NCBI GenBank assembly: GCA_964547905.1
Contig: CAZJPN010000036.1
Coordinates: 4,111 to 68,110, forward strand
Reading direction: 5' to 3'
Length of the DNA: 64,000 nucleotides
Source of the DNA: an uncultured Pseudomonadota bacterium
GTDB taxonomy: Bacteria; JAMCPX01
Shown: positions 1 through 8,230 of the stretch, piece by piece
Layout: each line of letters starts with the position of its first letter
Position numbering within the stretch: position 1 is the stretch's first letter
Notes under the pieces: generated by a model
What the model was told of the DNA's origin: nothing
Seen by the model: the letters and a program-made list of their open reading frames with translations, nothing else
Database searches by the model: none
Position numbers and translations under genes: made by a program

Positions 1-293
1 TAGTCCAGTATCTTGTTATAAACCCAGAAATGTTTCCACATGCCAAACAAAACGAGTTTGTAAAATCATTCAAAAAAATGCTTACACGAGAAATAAAAGA
101 TGTGTTTATCGAGCTTGGTATTGACCCCGCCCAACCGATCCGTGAGCAAATGCCAAATCCTCTTCCGGACCGCAAGGCCCTTGATGACATTGTTTTTGAT
201 GTGCTCGGCTTGACGCAGGATGAACGGAACGAGGTGTACTGGGCTGTCTGCGAGTTGGTCCAAAACCGCCTTGCTAAAGCAAAGAGTGTATGA
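1..293 (+). CDS. C-terminal fragment of a DNA methyltransferase / type IIG-like restriction-modification enzyme (partial; continues left of the window)
   Basis: The reading frame is open to base 3 (VQYLVINPE precedes the first Met). The tail ALDDIVFDVLGLTQDERNEVYWAVCELVQNRLAKAK resembles the conserved C-terminal helices of N6-adenine MTase / type IIG enzymes. This is recognition from memory only. Confidence 0.35.
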   Translation, partial: VQYLVINPEMFPHAKQNEFVKSFKKMLTREIKDVFIELGIDPAQPIREQMPNPLPDRKALDDIVFDVLGLTQDERNEVYWAVCELVQNRLAKAKSV

Positions 294-354
294 TAGCTAA
301 TTAACAAATTCAAAAGATGGTTTTGGCTAATCATTTTATGAAAAAGATAAGGAA

Positions 355-384
355 TTGCCTTTCACATAATTGACAAATTATAAT
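355..384 (+). promoter_or_regulatory. Candidate sigma-70 promoter for the Panacea/SNF2 operon
   Basis: TTGCCT (355-360), 18-nt spacer, TATAAT (379-384). An AAGGGAGG SD at 405-412 precedes the ATG at 419. Confidence 0.35.
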
Positions 385-418
385 AAATGAAGGATAAGAT
401 TTAGAAGGGAGGACGGGA

Positions 419-970
419 ATGAGGTTTTGTTTTAATGAGCTCAAATCGGCTCAGGCTGCATCGTTACTTATATCACTTCATGGCGGGGAATTAAATTATA
501 TGGTTCTTATAAAACTCCTGTATCTTGCCGATCGTCAGACCCTTCTGGAGCATGGATATACAATAACGGGTGACAGCTTTGTCTCCATGCCAAGAGGGCC
601 CGTATTGAGCAGAATTTATGACCTTATTACCGTGGGCAGGTACAAAACAATTACCCCGTGGTTTCGCTATATTTCCGAGCCGAAGAATTATAAAGTCAGG
701 CATGCGGAGCATGCCCCGTCAAGGAGAGACGAATTGTCGAAGTATGAGACGAGGGTGCTGCAGGAAATATACAAGAAATATGAGGCAATGGATAAATGGG
801 ATCTCGTCGACCTCATGCATACACTGCCGGAGTGGGAAGACCCTAAGGGTTCATCGCTGCCGATAGATCCTCAAAACATCCTCCGTCTTGAGGGTATAGC
901 TCCCGAAAAGATTGAACAGTTCATCAGCCATGCCGAAGAAGTGTGTTTTTTAGATAACGACCCGGTTTAA
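419..970 (+). CDS. DUF4065 / Panacea-domain protein (GepA/SocA family, PanA-type antitoxin candidate)
   Basis: KLLYLADRQTLLEHGYTITGDSFVSMPRGPVLSRIYDLI and WDLVDLMHTLPEWEDP match the DUF4065 (COG3600) signature. A strong SD sits 6 nt upstream. Confidence 0.8.
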   Translation: MRFCFNELKSAQAASLLISLHGGELNYMVLIKLLYLADRQTLLEHGYTITGDSFVSMPRGPVLSRIYDLITVGRYKTITPWFRYISEPKNYKVRHAEHAPSRRDELSKYETRVLQEIYKKYEAMDKWDLVDLMHTLPEWEDPKGSSLPIDPQNILRLEGIAPEKIEQFISHAEEVCFLDNDPV

Positions 971-971
971 C

Positions 972-1352
972 ATGAAAACCGGAGATACCTTTGTTCTCAG
1001 GCTTCCGAACAAAATACCTCATCTCTGGATCATAATCTCCGACCACACACCCAACAATGAAGTTGTTATTGTAAATGTAACAACAGCCGATCTATCATCG
1101 GATAGTTCCTGCGTCATTACGCTTGGCGAGCATCCATTTATCAAACATGCGTCTGTGGTAGCTTATTATTATGCAAGGCTCATAGCTCTTGAAAAAATAA
1201 CGGAATGGAAAAACAAGCACTATTACGAGTCGTGGCCGCCGGTCAAGCCTCCGCTATTAAGGAAAATTCAGCAAGGGGCAATTGATTCCGACTTTACTCC
1301 ACAAAAGATTCAGGAGATTATAAGAAGACAAATGGAAAAATATGATAAATAA
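972..1352 (+). CDS. Hypothetical 126-aa protein, candidate toxin partner of the Panacea protein (possible MazF/PemK-like SH3 barrel)
   Basis: The ATG lies 1 nt after the upstream stop (TAA C ATG). The N-terminal pattern GDTFVLRLPNKIPHLWIIISDHTPNNEVVIVNVTT resembles the MazF/PemK pattern GD..wv.f.P.....RP.vvlS....vivvP.TT. The fold assignment is inference. Confidence 0.6.
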   Translation: MKTGDTFVLRLPNKIPHLWIIISDHTPNNEVVIVNVTTADLSSDSSCVITLGEHPFIKHASVVAYYYARLIALEKITEWKNKHYYESWPPVKPPLLRKIQQGAIDSDFTPQKIQEIIRRQMEKYDK

Positions 1353-1367
1353 TTATGCCATAATATC

Positions 1368-4300
1368 ATGATCCCCCAAAAAATAATAGATAATAGCGGT
1401 ATAAAACTGGCCGCATTCATTAACAGCGTCCTGCAAGAGATACCCAATACCAGCTTCGACATAGCAACCGCCTTCTTCAATATTCAAGCTTATGCATTTA
1501 TAAAAAATAATGTGCAGGGGGTTAAGCATTTTCGTCTGTTGCTCGGCAAGGCACCGGAAATTAGAAATGATACTACCCTTGGCGATGTTCTTCTTGAGAT
1601 ACTACAGAAGGAGATGGAAGGGTTCGATCTATCAAAGGAGAATAACAGCCTTGTAAAGGAGTTTATAGGCTTTCTCAGGAAAGAGAATGTTGAAGTAAAG
1701 CTTTACGATAAAGAGTTTCTTCACGGGAAAGCATACATATTTGACCAGCTTGTGATAGTGGGCTCATCAAACTTTACACCTGCCGGACTTACACACAATA
1801 CAGAGCTAAATTCCGTCTCGCTTGAAGCGGAAGCCCGGTATGTAAGGACAAACTGGTTTGATAAGTTCTGGAATGAAGCTTTTGATTTCAAGCCCGAGCT
1901 TATCAAGCTCCTTGAGGCTTCAAGGTTTGGGAATAAAGAATACACGCCTTTTGAGGTTTATATAAAATCACTGTATGAATTACAAAAAGAAGACATCAAA
2001 GCTGCCGATAGCAAAGCAGAAGAATTCCGTCCGTCTTCAAAGGTCAACCTCGCAGAATTTCAGGAAGATGCAGTCAGGAGGATATTCAGCCGTCTTAGGA
2101 AGTACAAATCTTGCATGGTTGCGGACTCTGTAGGTTTGGGCAAAACGTGGATCGCAAAAAGAGTTATTGAAGAGTTCGGTTTTTATAAGAGAAGGAGATT
2201 CCTTATCGTCTGCCCGGCTCAGTTAAAGCAAATGTGGAGGAATGAAGTCAAAGACCTCATACTCGCAGATAGCATCCTGTCTCAGGAAGAACTTGCATCT
2301 ACAGAATATCTGAAAAAGGCTGAAAAAGCTGTTGGCGGTAACCTTGAAGAAATCTCTTTGATAGTAGTTGATGAGAGTCATAACTTTAGAAATCCGCTCT
2401 CAAATAGATGGGAAAACTTCTTTACTCTTATGGCTGATCATATAGCAACAGTGAAAAGGAGGCCATACATCGTTTTCCTTACTGCAACTCCAATAAATAA
2501 TACCATCTGGGACCTCTACTGGCAGGTGATGCTTTTGACCCTCATGGATCATAAATCGTTTCTGAAAGAGGGCATTTCCGATCTCTTCAAGTTCTTCAAG
2601 AATATCGATAAGCAAGGCGATCCATCGCTTCTGAACGATCTCATGAACGAAATATCCATACGGAGAACCAGAGATTACATAAAACAGAACTACCCTGATG
2701 CAGAAATTAATAACCAGAAGATTATTTTTCCCGAAAGAGTCCTTGAGAACATAGATTACAAGCTGAATAAAACCTATAAGGGGCTGTACGGCGAAATCTC
2801 CCGAATAATAAGTGAAAAATTGACCATGGCTTACTACAGAGTTCTTGAATACAAAAAAACTGAGAAACTTTCGTCTGCTGAGGAGATGGCACTGGGAAGG
2901 ATGATAGCGTTGGATGGCATTTTTAGGACAATCCTTTTAAAGAGGCTCGAAAGCAGCGTAGAGGCATTTAGGAAAAGCATTGCAACCCATGTCAGATTTC
3001 TGCAAAAACTGAAGGATTATATGAAAAAAGATAAGCTTCTTACCAAACAAACTTTCTACAAGTATATATCGAATCTGAACGAAGAAACCGAGGAAGAGTT
3101 TGCGGAAGAACTGGAGGATATCAATCTTGATGACTATAGAGAAGAAGAGCTGATCGGGGATATTGATAAAGATATAGAATTGTTTGTCGAGATGGGCAAA
3201 AAGGTTGATACGATAGACGAAGATGCTGATTCAAAGCTGAAAAGATTGAAGAAATATCTTCTCGATCTCAGCAAGAATGGGCAGATTGTTGTTTTTACGT
3301 ACTATGCTGACACCTTGGACTATATTTTTCATAATATCAGTAAAGATCCTTCATTCTCAAAAATAAAAATTGAAAAGATATCCGGCAGGATAACTTCCAG
3401 TACAAGACGTGCAGAGATTGTAGATAGCTTTATGAACGGCAAGACCGGTATACTTATGAGTACCGATGTCCTGTCGGAAGGTATGAACCTGCAAAAGGCG
3501 AAGTATCTTATCAATTACGATCTGCACTGGAACCCAACGAGAATGATCCAGCGGGCCGGCAGAATCGACAGGATAGGTTCCTCATTTGAAAAAATATTTG
3601 TTTATAACTTTTTTCCCGAAGAAGAACTCGAAGATCTTTTACGCCTCGTAGAGATCCTTGAAAACAAAATAAGAAACATTGATAGTTCCATCGGACTTGA
3701 TGCCACTGTTTTAGGAGAGGCGGTCAACCCCAAGGTCTTCGGGATATTAAGGAAGATAAAGGAAAAAGATGAGACGGTATTTGAGGAATTGGAAAAAGAA
3801 GTCTTCGGTGGAGGAGAGAAATTCTATCAGCCACTGATAGATTATCTCAAAGCAAAGACGTCTGCAGAATTGGATGCCATCCCTCTCGGGATACACAGCG
3901 GACTTAAGAAAGGTTTTAAAGGAATATTCTTTTATTACAAATATGGCGATGATTTTCATTTCTGGTATCTTTATGACCTTGTTACCGGGAAGATGCTCAA
4001 GAATAAAACAAAGATATTGGATTACATTGTTTGCCCTCCTGACGAAAAAAGGGTTATCCCTGCTTTTTTTGAAAAGGTATATGAGATTAATACGGAAATA
4101 ATGAAAGATATCGAAGAAACTTATAAGGAAGTGGAACAACAGGGGAACGTAGATCCGAAGATTGTCGCACTAACCGGAGATAAGAATAAGAAATTTATTT
4201 ATGCAATCATTCGAGAGATAGATTTGCGCATGAATGATTATTTGCTCGATTTACCGGAAGGTGAGGAAATCGAAAAAACGTGGGAAGCGACACGAGAGAA

Positions 4301-4505
4301 GTTACTATCTGTCAGCCTTACAAAAAAAAGACTCCAGAGTCTGAGAGCGATATGGAGAAGCTATATGAGGGAGCATAAAGACTGGAAGAAGCTCCTCAAT
4401 GATATTTCAGAATTCCTTGAAGGAAAACTGTCAATGGAAAAGGAAAAAATTCAGGTCTATAATCCAAAACTGCTTAAATTGGTTGCGATCGATTTCGTAT
4501 CATAA
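1368..4505 (+). CDS. PLD-family (single HKD) nuclease domain fused to an SNF2-family helicase, with an uncharacterised C-terminal region of about 300 aa
   Basis: HKD motif HGKAYIFDQLVIVGSSNFTPAGLTHNTELN (His codon 1722-1724). SNF2 motifs ADSVGLGKTW (I), VVDESHNFRN (II), LTATPINN (III) and QRAGRIDRIG (VI). Confidence 0.85.
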   Translation: MIPQKIIDNSGIKLAAFINSVLQEIPNTSFDIATAFFNIQAYAFIKNNVQGVKHFRLLLGKAPEIRNDTTLGDVLLEILQKEMEGFDLSKENNSLVKEFIGFLRKENVEVKLYDKEFLHGKAYIFDQLVIVGSSNFTPAGLTHNTELNSVSLEAEARYVRTNWFDKFWNEAFDFKPELIKLLEASRFGNKEYTPFEVYIKSLYELQKEDIKAADSKAEEFRPSSKVNLAEFQEDAVRRIFSRLRKYKSCMVADSVGLGKTWIAKRVIEEFGFYKRRRFLIVCPAQLKQMWRNEVKDLILADSILSQEELASTEYLKKAEKAVGGNLEEISLIVVDESHNFRNPLSNRWENFFTLMADHIATVKRRPYIVFLTATPINNTIWDLYWQVMLLTLMDHKSFLKEGISDLFKFFKNIDKQGDPSLLNDLMNEISIRRTRDYIKQNYPDAEINNQKIIFPERVLENIDYKLNKTYKGLYGEISRIISEKLTMAYYRVLEYKKTEKLSSAEEMALGRMIALDGIFRTILLKRLESSVEAFRKSIATHVRFLQKLKDYMKKDKLLTKQTFYKYISNLNEETEEEFAEELEDINLDDYREEELIGDIDKDIELFVEMGKKVDTIDEDADSKLKRLKKYLLDLSKNGQIVVFTYYADTLDYIFHNISKDPSFSKIKIEKISGRITSSTRRAEIVDSFMNGKTGILMSTDVLSEGMNLQKAKYLINYDLHWNPTRMIQRAGRIDRIGSSFEKIFVYNFFPEEELEDLLRLVEILENKIRNIDSSIGLDATVLGEAVNPKVFGILRKIKEKDETVFEELEKEVFGGGEKFYQPLIDYLKAKTSAELDAIPLGIHSGLKKGFKGIFFYYKYGDDFHFWYLYDLVTGKMLKNKTKILDYIVCPPDEKRVIPAFFEKVYEINTEIMKDIEETYKEVEQQGNVDPKIVALTGDKNKKFIYAIIREIDLRMNDYLLDLPEGEEIEKTWEATREKLLSVSLTKKRLQSLRAIWRSYMREHKDWKKLLNDISEFLEGKLSMEKEKIQVYNPKLLKLVAIDFVS

Positions 4506-4601
4506 CCTGCTCTATTTACTTAAAATTTATTTGATCTATCCGTTCCCCCGTTCTTTAAATGCATTGCCTGTTGTACAGGATTTGTTGTATAAAATAAGCA
4601 T

Positions 4602-5360
4602 ATGAGTTCATTTAAAGATATTGCATGGGATATTTTAAAGGAAGCCGGTAAGCCGCTGCATAGCAAAGAGATTACGAAGATTGCATTAAATAAAGGCTGG
4701 CTTAAAACAGCAGGGAAAACACCTGAAGCTACAATGAATGCTCAGCTTATTGTTGATATAAACGCAAAAAAGGATAAATCACGGTTCATAAAGGCTGGAC
4801 CTTCTGTTTTTGGACTAAATAATAATTTTATCGTACCAGAAAAAAAAGAGATAATAAAAGAAGAAAAGCTTTATAAAATCTCCAAGGATGTCTCCACAAA
4901 ACAAAAAGGTGATATTGCAGAAGCAAGGATAGCGGAGCTTATCACCCTTTATGGTGATACTACCTTATCCTGTTACAAACCGCTGTCTGATGATGAAGGG
5001 ATCGATCTGATTGTAAAGGAAAAGGGCAGTTTAAAAACAATGTACATCCAGATCAAGAGCCGTTTCGGTGATAATCCGGATGAAATATTTACTGCAACTA
5101 CGAAAGCTGCATCCATTGCTGACAATTATTCAATGGCTGCGGTTTTCTGTTTCTTTGATACAGAAGAGGGAGACCTGTGGGATTATCTCTGGTTTGTGCC
5201 TGCTCCAGATCTAATAAGATATGCAAATAAGCTTACTGGCGGAAAGTTTCTTGGATTTGTAGCGGGGAGGAAAAAAAAAGAATCGAATAAATGGGATGAT
5301 TACTTGATTGATAAACGTGGGTTAGCAAATCGCATCATTACCCAGATGAAAAGGATATAA
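4602..5360 (+). CDS. HARE-HTH domain protein fused to a PD-(D/E)xK-like restriction endonuclease domain
   Basis: The N-terminus FKDIAWDILKEAGKPLHSKEITKIAL...TPEATMNAQL...RFIKAGPSVFGL is typical of HARE-HTH. The C-terminus GDIAEARIAELITLYG...DDEGIDLIVKEKG...YIQIKSR fits a D...(D/E)xK-type nuclease core. Confidence 0.7.
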   Translation: MSSFKDIAWDILKEAGKPLHSKEITKIALNKGWLKTAGKTPEATMNAQLIVDINAKKDKSRFIKAGPSVFGLNNNFIVPEKKEIIKEEKLYKISKDVSTKQKGDIAEARIAELITLYGDTTLSCYKPLSDDEGIDLIVKEKGSLKTMYIQIKSRFGDNPDEIFTATTKAASIADNYSMAAVFCFFDTEEGDLWDYLWFVPAPDLIRYANKLTGGKFLGFVAGRKKKESNKWDDYLIDKRGLANRIITQMKRI

Positions 5361-6060
5361 AAGAGCATCGGGCACAGCCTTTGAAATGTGAAATAAGGCA
5401 AGTGGTTGACCCGCGTTAGTCAGGTCTAAAGCATAGTTTTCATTGCCCTCCATTTCTTAATAAAGGACGACATAAGAGGATTTACACAGCCCTGTTTCCC
5501 CTTTTGATAGAGGGGCCAAAGACAATACCACGTCCCGCCGCAGGCGAGACGGAACGCAGAGAGGGCTATCATGCCAGGTGGTCGTGTATCTCTCTCGCAA
5601 TGCTTAGCGGTATGCCCGTGCGCCGTGTAATCTCATCCGGCATTGTATTTCTGATCTCATCGATATTTGCGAATATCGACAGCAGGAGCCGTTTCCTTTT
5701 GACTGAAACGCCCGCAATGCCGTCAAGCCCGGACGCAAGTCCGGCCTTTGACCGCAGCTTTCTGTGGTACGTGATTGCAAACCTGTGTGCCTCATCACGG
5801 ATGCGTTTTAAAAGCATGAGCGGTTCAGAGCCATGTGCGAGGTCAAGCGGGTCTTTCCTGTTCCGCAGGTATATCCTTTCCTCTTCCCTGTTTACCCTGT
5901 TCGGGCTGGCACCAGGCTTCAGCCCGCGGTCCCTGTTGTAAGGATTGGACAGCGGACTATCTTTATGGATCTTTGCAATGCCTATAACATCCGGCTCATG
6001 AATGTCGAGTTCTTTGAGCACATCGAGTGCTATGCTCAACTGCCCCTTTCCGCCATCAAC
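5361..6060. repeat. Copy A of a head-to-tail duplication (uvrC 3' end plus about 210 nt of downstream non-coding DNA)
   Basis: Aligns with 6061-6741. Bases 5422-5606 versus 6123-6307 differ at only 3 positions. Identity decays, with a 21-nt indel, toward 5880-6000. Confidence 0.9.
5569..6060 (-). pseudogene. Truncated uvrC 3' fragment (about the C-terminal 160 aa, covering the HhH region)
   Basis: Its translation SIALDVLKEL...LMLLKRIRDEAHRFAITYHRKLRSKAGLASGLDGIAGVS.KRKRLLLSIFAN.DEIRN.MP.EITRRTGIP.SIAREIHDHLA parallels the C-terminus of the intact UvrC at 6270-8123. It has no N-terminal GIY-YIG or endonuclease part. Confidence 0.85.
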
Positions 6061-6741
6061 AAAAAGTCATGGGGTCTGCCCTTGAAATGTGAAATAAGGC
6101 AGGTGGCGGGCCCTTGTTAGACAGGTCTAAAGCATAGTTCTCATTGCCCTCCATTTCTTAATAAAGGACGACATAAGAGGATTTACACAGCCCTGTTTCC
6201 CCTCTTGATAGAGGGGCCAAAGACAATACCACGTCCCGCCGCAGGCGGGACGGAACGCAGAGAGGGCTATCATGCCAGGTGGTCGTGTATCTCTCTCGCA
6301 ATGCTTATCGGTATGCCTGTGCGCCGCGTGATCTCTTCCGGCATTGCGTTCCTGATCTCGTCTACATTTGCGAATATCGACAGCAGGAGCCGTTTTCTTT
6401 TCTCAGAAACGCCCGCAATGCCGTCAAGCCCGGACGCAAGCCCGGCCTTTGACCGCAGCTTTCTGTGGTACGTGATTGCAAACCTGTGTGCCTCGTCTCT
6501 GATGCGCTTTAAGAGCATAAGCGCTTCGGAGTTCCGGATGATGTTGATCGGGTCTTTCCTGTTCCGCAGGTATATCCTTTCTTCTTCCGTGTTCACCCTG
6601 CCACGGGAGGTATGGAATGACTGCCCCTCCGCCGTACTGTCCCTGTGGATCTTCGCAAGGCCGATAACGTCCGGCTGCTCAATGCCGAGCTCCTTCAGAA
6701 CATCGAGTGCTATGCTCAACTGCCCCTTTCCGCCGTCAACA
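6061..6741. repeat. Copy B of the duplication (the functional uvrC 3' end and its downstream region)
   Basis: See copy A. The junction is at 6060/6061 (ccatcaacaa|aaagtcatgggg). Confidence 0.9.
6232..6252 (-). terminator. Hairpin 18 nt downstream of the uvrC stop
   Basis: Perfect 9-bp stem cgtcccgcc-gca-ggcgggacg. A second hairpin cccctc-ttgata-gagggg lies at 6199-6216. The U-tract is weak, so intrinsic terminator function is uncertain. Confidence 0.45.
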
Positions 6742-8123
6742 ATAATGAGCGACGGTATGTCTGCCTTATCCCTGAACCTCCTGCTCAGCACCTCGTGCAT
6801 CATGGCATAGTCATCCGGCCTGCTGACCTCCCTGAGCCGGTAATGCCTATATTTTGCCTTTACTGGAACGCCGTTCTCAAACCGCACCATGGAAGACACG
6901 CTGTTCGTACCGAGGATATTCGAGTTGTCGAAACACTCTATGGTTGCGGGTGCATGCCTGAGGTGCAGTATGTCCCGGAGCCCTTCAATCGCGGACAGGG
7001 CTGTTGCTTGTTTTTGCAGTGACAGGTGAAGATATTCTGCTGCGTTTTTTTCAGACAACCTGATGAGTTCACGTTTTTTCCCTGCCCTCGGTATTTCAAT
7101 ACGCACTGCCCTGCCCTTCACGTCCGACAGGTGTGACTGAAGGATGCCCATATCCGTCAAGGGGAAGGGCAGGCAAATGATGTCCGGAATAAAGTGGCCG
7201 TTTTCGTAATACTGGCTGACAGCCGAACCCAGGAGTTCTTCCGTATCGAGCGGGGTATCTTTGAACAGGTAGTTGAATGAATTCAGCAGTTGTCCGTTGC
7301 GTATAAAGAGACCGTTGACCGCAACAGTCTGCCCTTCGGACGCCGTGGTAAAAATATCCATATCAACGGCGCTTGAGGTCTCTACCTTCTGCTTTTCAAC
7401 GGTTTTCTCTATGTTCAGGATAAGGTCACGCATCTGGGCTGCCTTTTCATAATGCTCCAGCCCGGACTCCGTTTTCATGTGTGCTTTCAAGGCTTTGATG
7501 ACTGCGCCGGTTTTTCCCTCGAGGAAGAGCCGGGCCTGCTGTACATGTTCCCGGTAGTCCTCCTGCGTTATGTGGCCCGCACACGGAGCGGAACACCGCT
7601 TGATCTGATACTTCATGCACGGCCTTATCCTGTTCCTTAGCTCGGCGTCCGTACACGTCCTGAGCTGGAACAGGTCTGTGATCAGCTTGACTGTTTCCCT
7701 GGCTGCGAATGCCGAGGAGTAGGGCCCGAAGATCAGGGAGCCGTCCCGCGCAGGCCTTCTCACGACCTGGATGCCGGGGAATTTGTGGTCCGTGGATATG
7801 CGTATGTTAACATAGCTCTTGTCGTCCTTTAAACGGATATTGTACCTCGGCTTGTGCTTCTTGATAAGGTTGTTCTCAAGCAGGAGTGCCTCTTTCTCGG
7901 TGTCCGTCAGCATGAATTCTATGCGGTTTATTCTGGGTTTTAGGAAATTTATAAAAGGTCTGGCATCCGGCGATGCCGTAAAATAAGCCCTTACCCGGCT
8001 GTTCAAATCTACGGCCTTGCCTATGTAGAGCACTGTGTCTTTTGTGTCCTTAAATATATAAACACCGGGTTGTTTCGGCACAACCCCGAGCTTTTCATGG
8101 ATATGTTCATCTACCTCTATCAT
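6270..8123 (-). CDS. uvrC: Excinuclease ABC subunit C
   Basis: 617 aa. GIY-YIG N-terminus (PGVYIFKDTKDTVLYIGKAVDLNSRVRAYF), UVR domain, and a C-terminal RNase H-like endonuclease plus (HhH)2. Confidence 0.95.
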   Translation of the reverse strand: MIEVDEHIHEKLGVVPKQPGVYIFKDTKDTVLYIGKAVDLNSRVRAYFTASPDARPFINFLKPRINRIEFMLTDTEKEALLLENNLIKKHKPRYNIRLKDDKSYVNIRISTDHKFPGIQVVRRPARDGSLIFGPYSSAFAARETVKLITDLFQLRTCTDAELRNRIRPCMKYQIKRCSAPCAGHITQEDYREHVQQARLFLEGKTGAVIKALKAHMKTESGLEHYEKAAQMRDLILNIEKTVEKQKVETSSAVDMDIFTTASEGQTVAVNGLFIRNGQLLNSFNYLFKDTPLDTEELLGSAVSQYYENGHFIPDIICLPFPLTDMGILQSHLSDVKGRAVRIEIPRAGKKRELIRLSEKNAAEYLHLSLQKQATALSAIEGLRDILHLRHAPATIECFDNSNILGTNSVSSMVRFENGVPVKAKYRHYRLREVSRPDDYAMMHEVLSRRFRDKADIPSLIIVDGGKGQLSIALDVLKELGIEQPDVIGLAKIHRDSTAEGQSFHTSRGRVNTEEERIYLRNRKDPINIIRNSEALMLLKRIRDEAHRFAITYHRKLRSKAGLASGLDGIAGVSEKRKRLLLSIFANVDEIRNAMPEEITRRTGIPISIAREIHDHLA

Positions 8124-8230
8124 TCCTCTTATTATAATTTAAAAATCCTGTTTTGCAATGGCTCATGAATGCCCCGGTGTTTGCATATCTTCAGAAAAGT
8201 GTGTATATGAGTTATCCGAGGAGACGATGC

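Noticed and set aside
5504-6810. Two similar plus-strand ORFs (5504-5941 and 6205-6810) that both start MIEGPKTIPRPAAG
   Set aside because: Both lie antisense to the uvrC fragment and to uvrC itself. They are alike only because the DNA is duplicated. Their translations are Ser/Pro/Arg-rich shadow sequence with no SD.
5361-8123. uvrC region as a compositional (higher-GC) outlier implying horizontal transfer or a chimeric assembly
   Set aside because: Spot counts give about 47-63% GC per line, but ppdK and glyS lines reach 50-55% too. Without a computed sliding-window GC or codon analysis the difference is not convincing.
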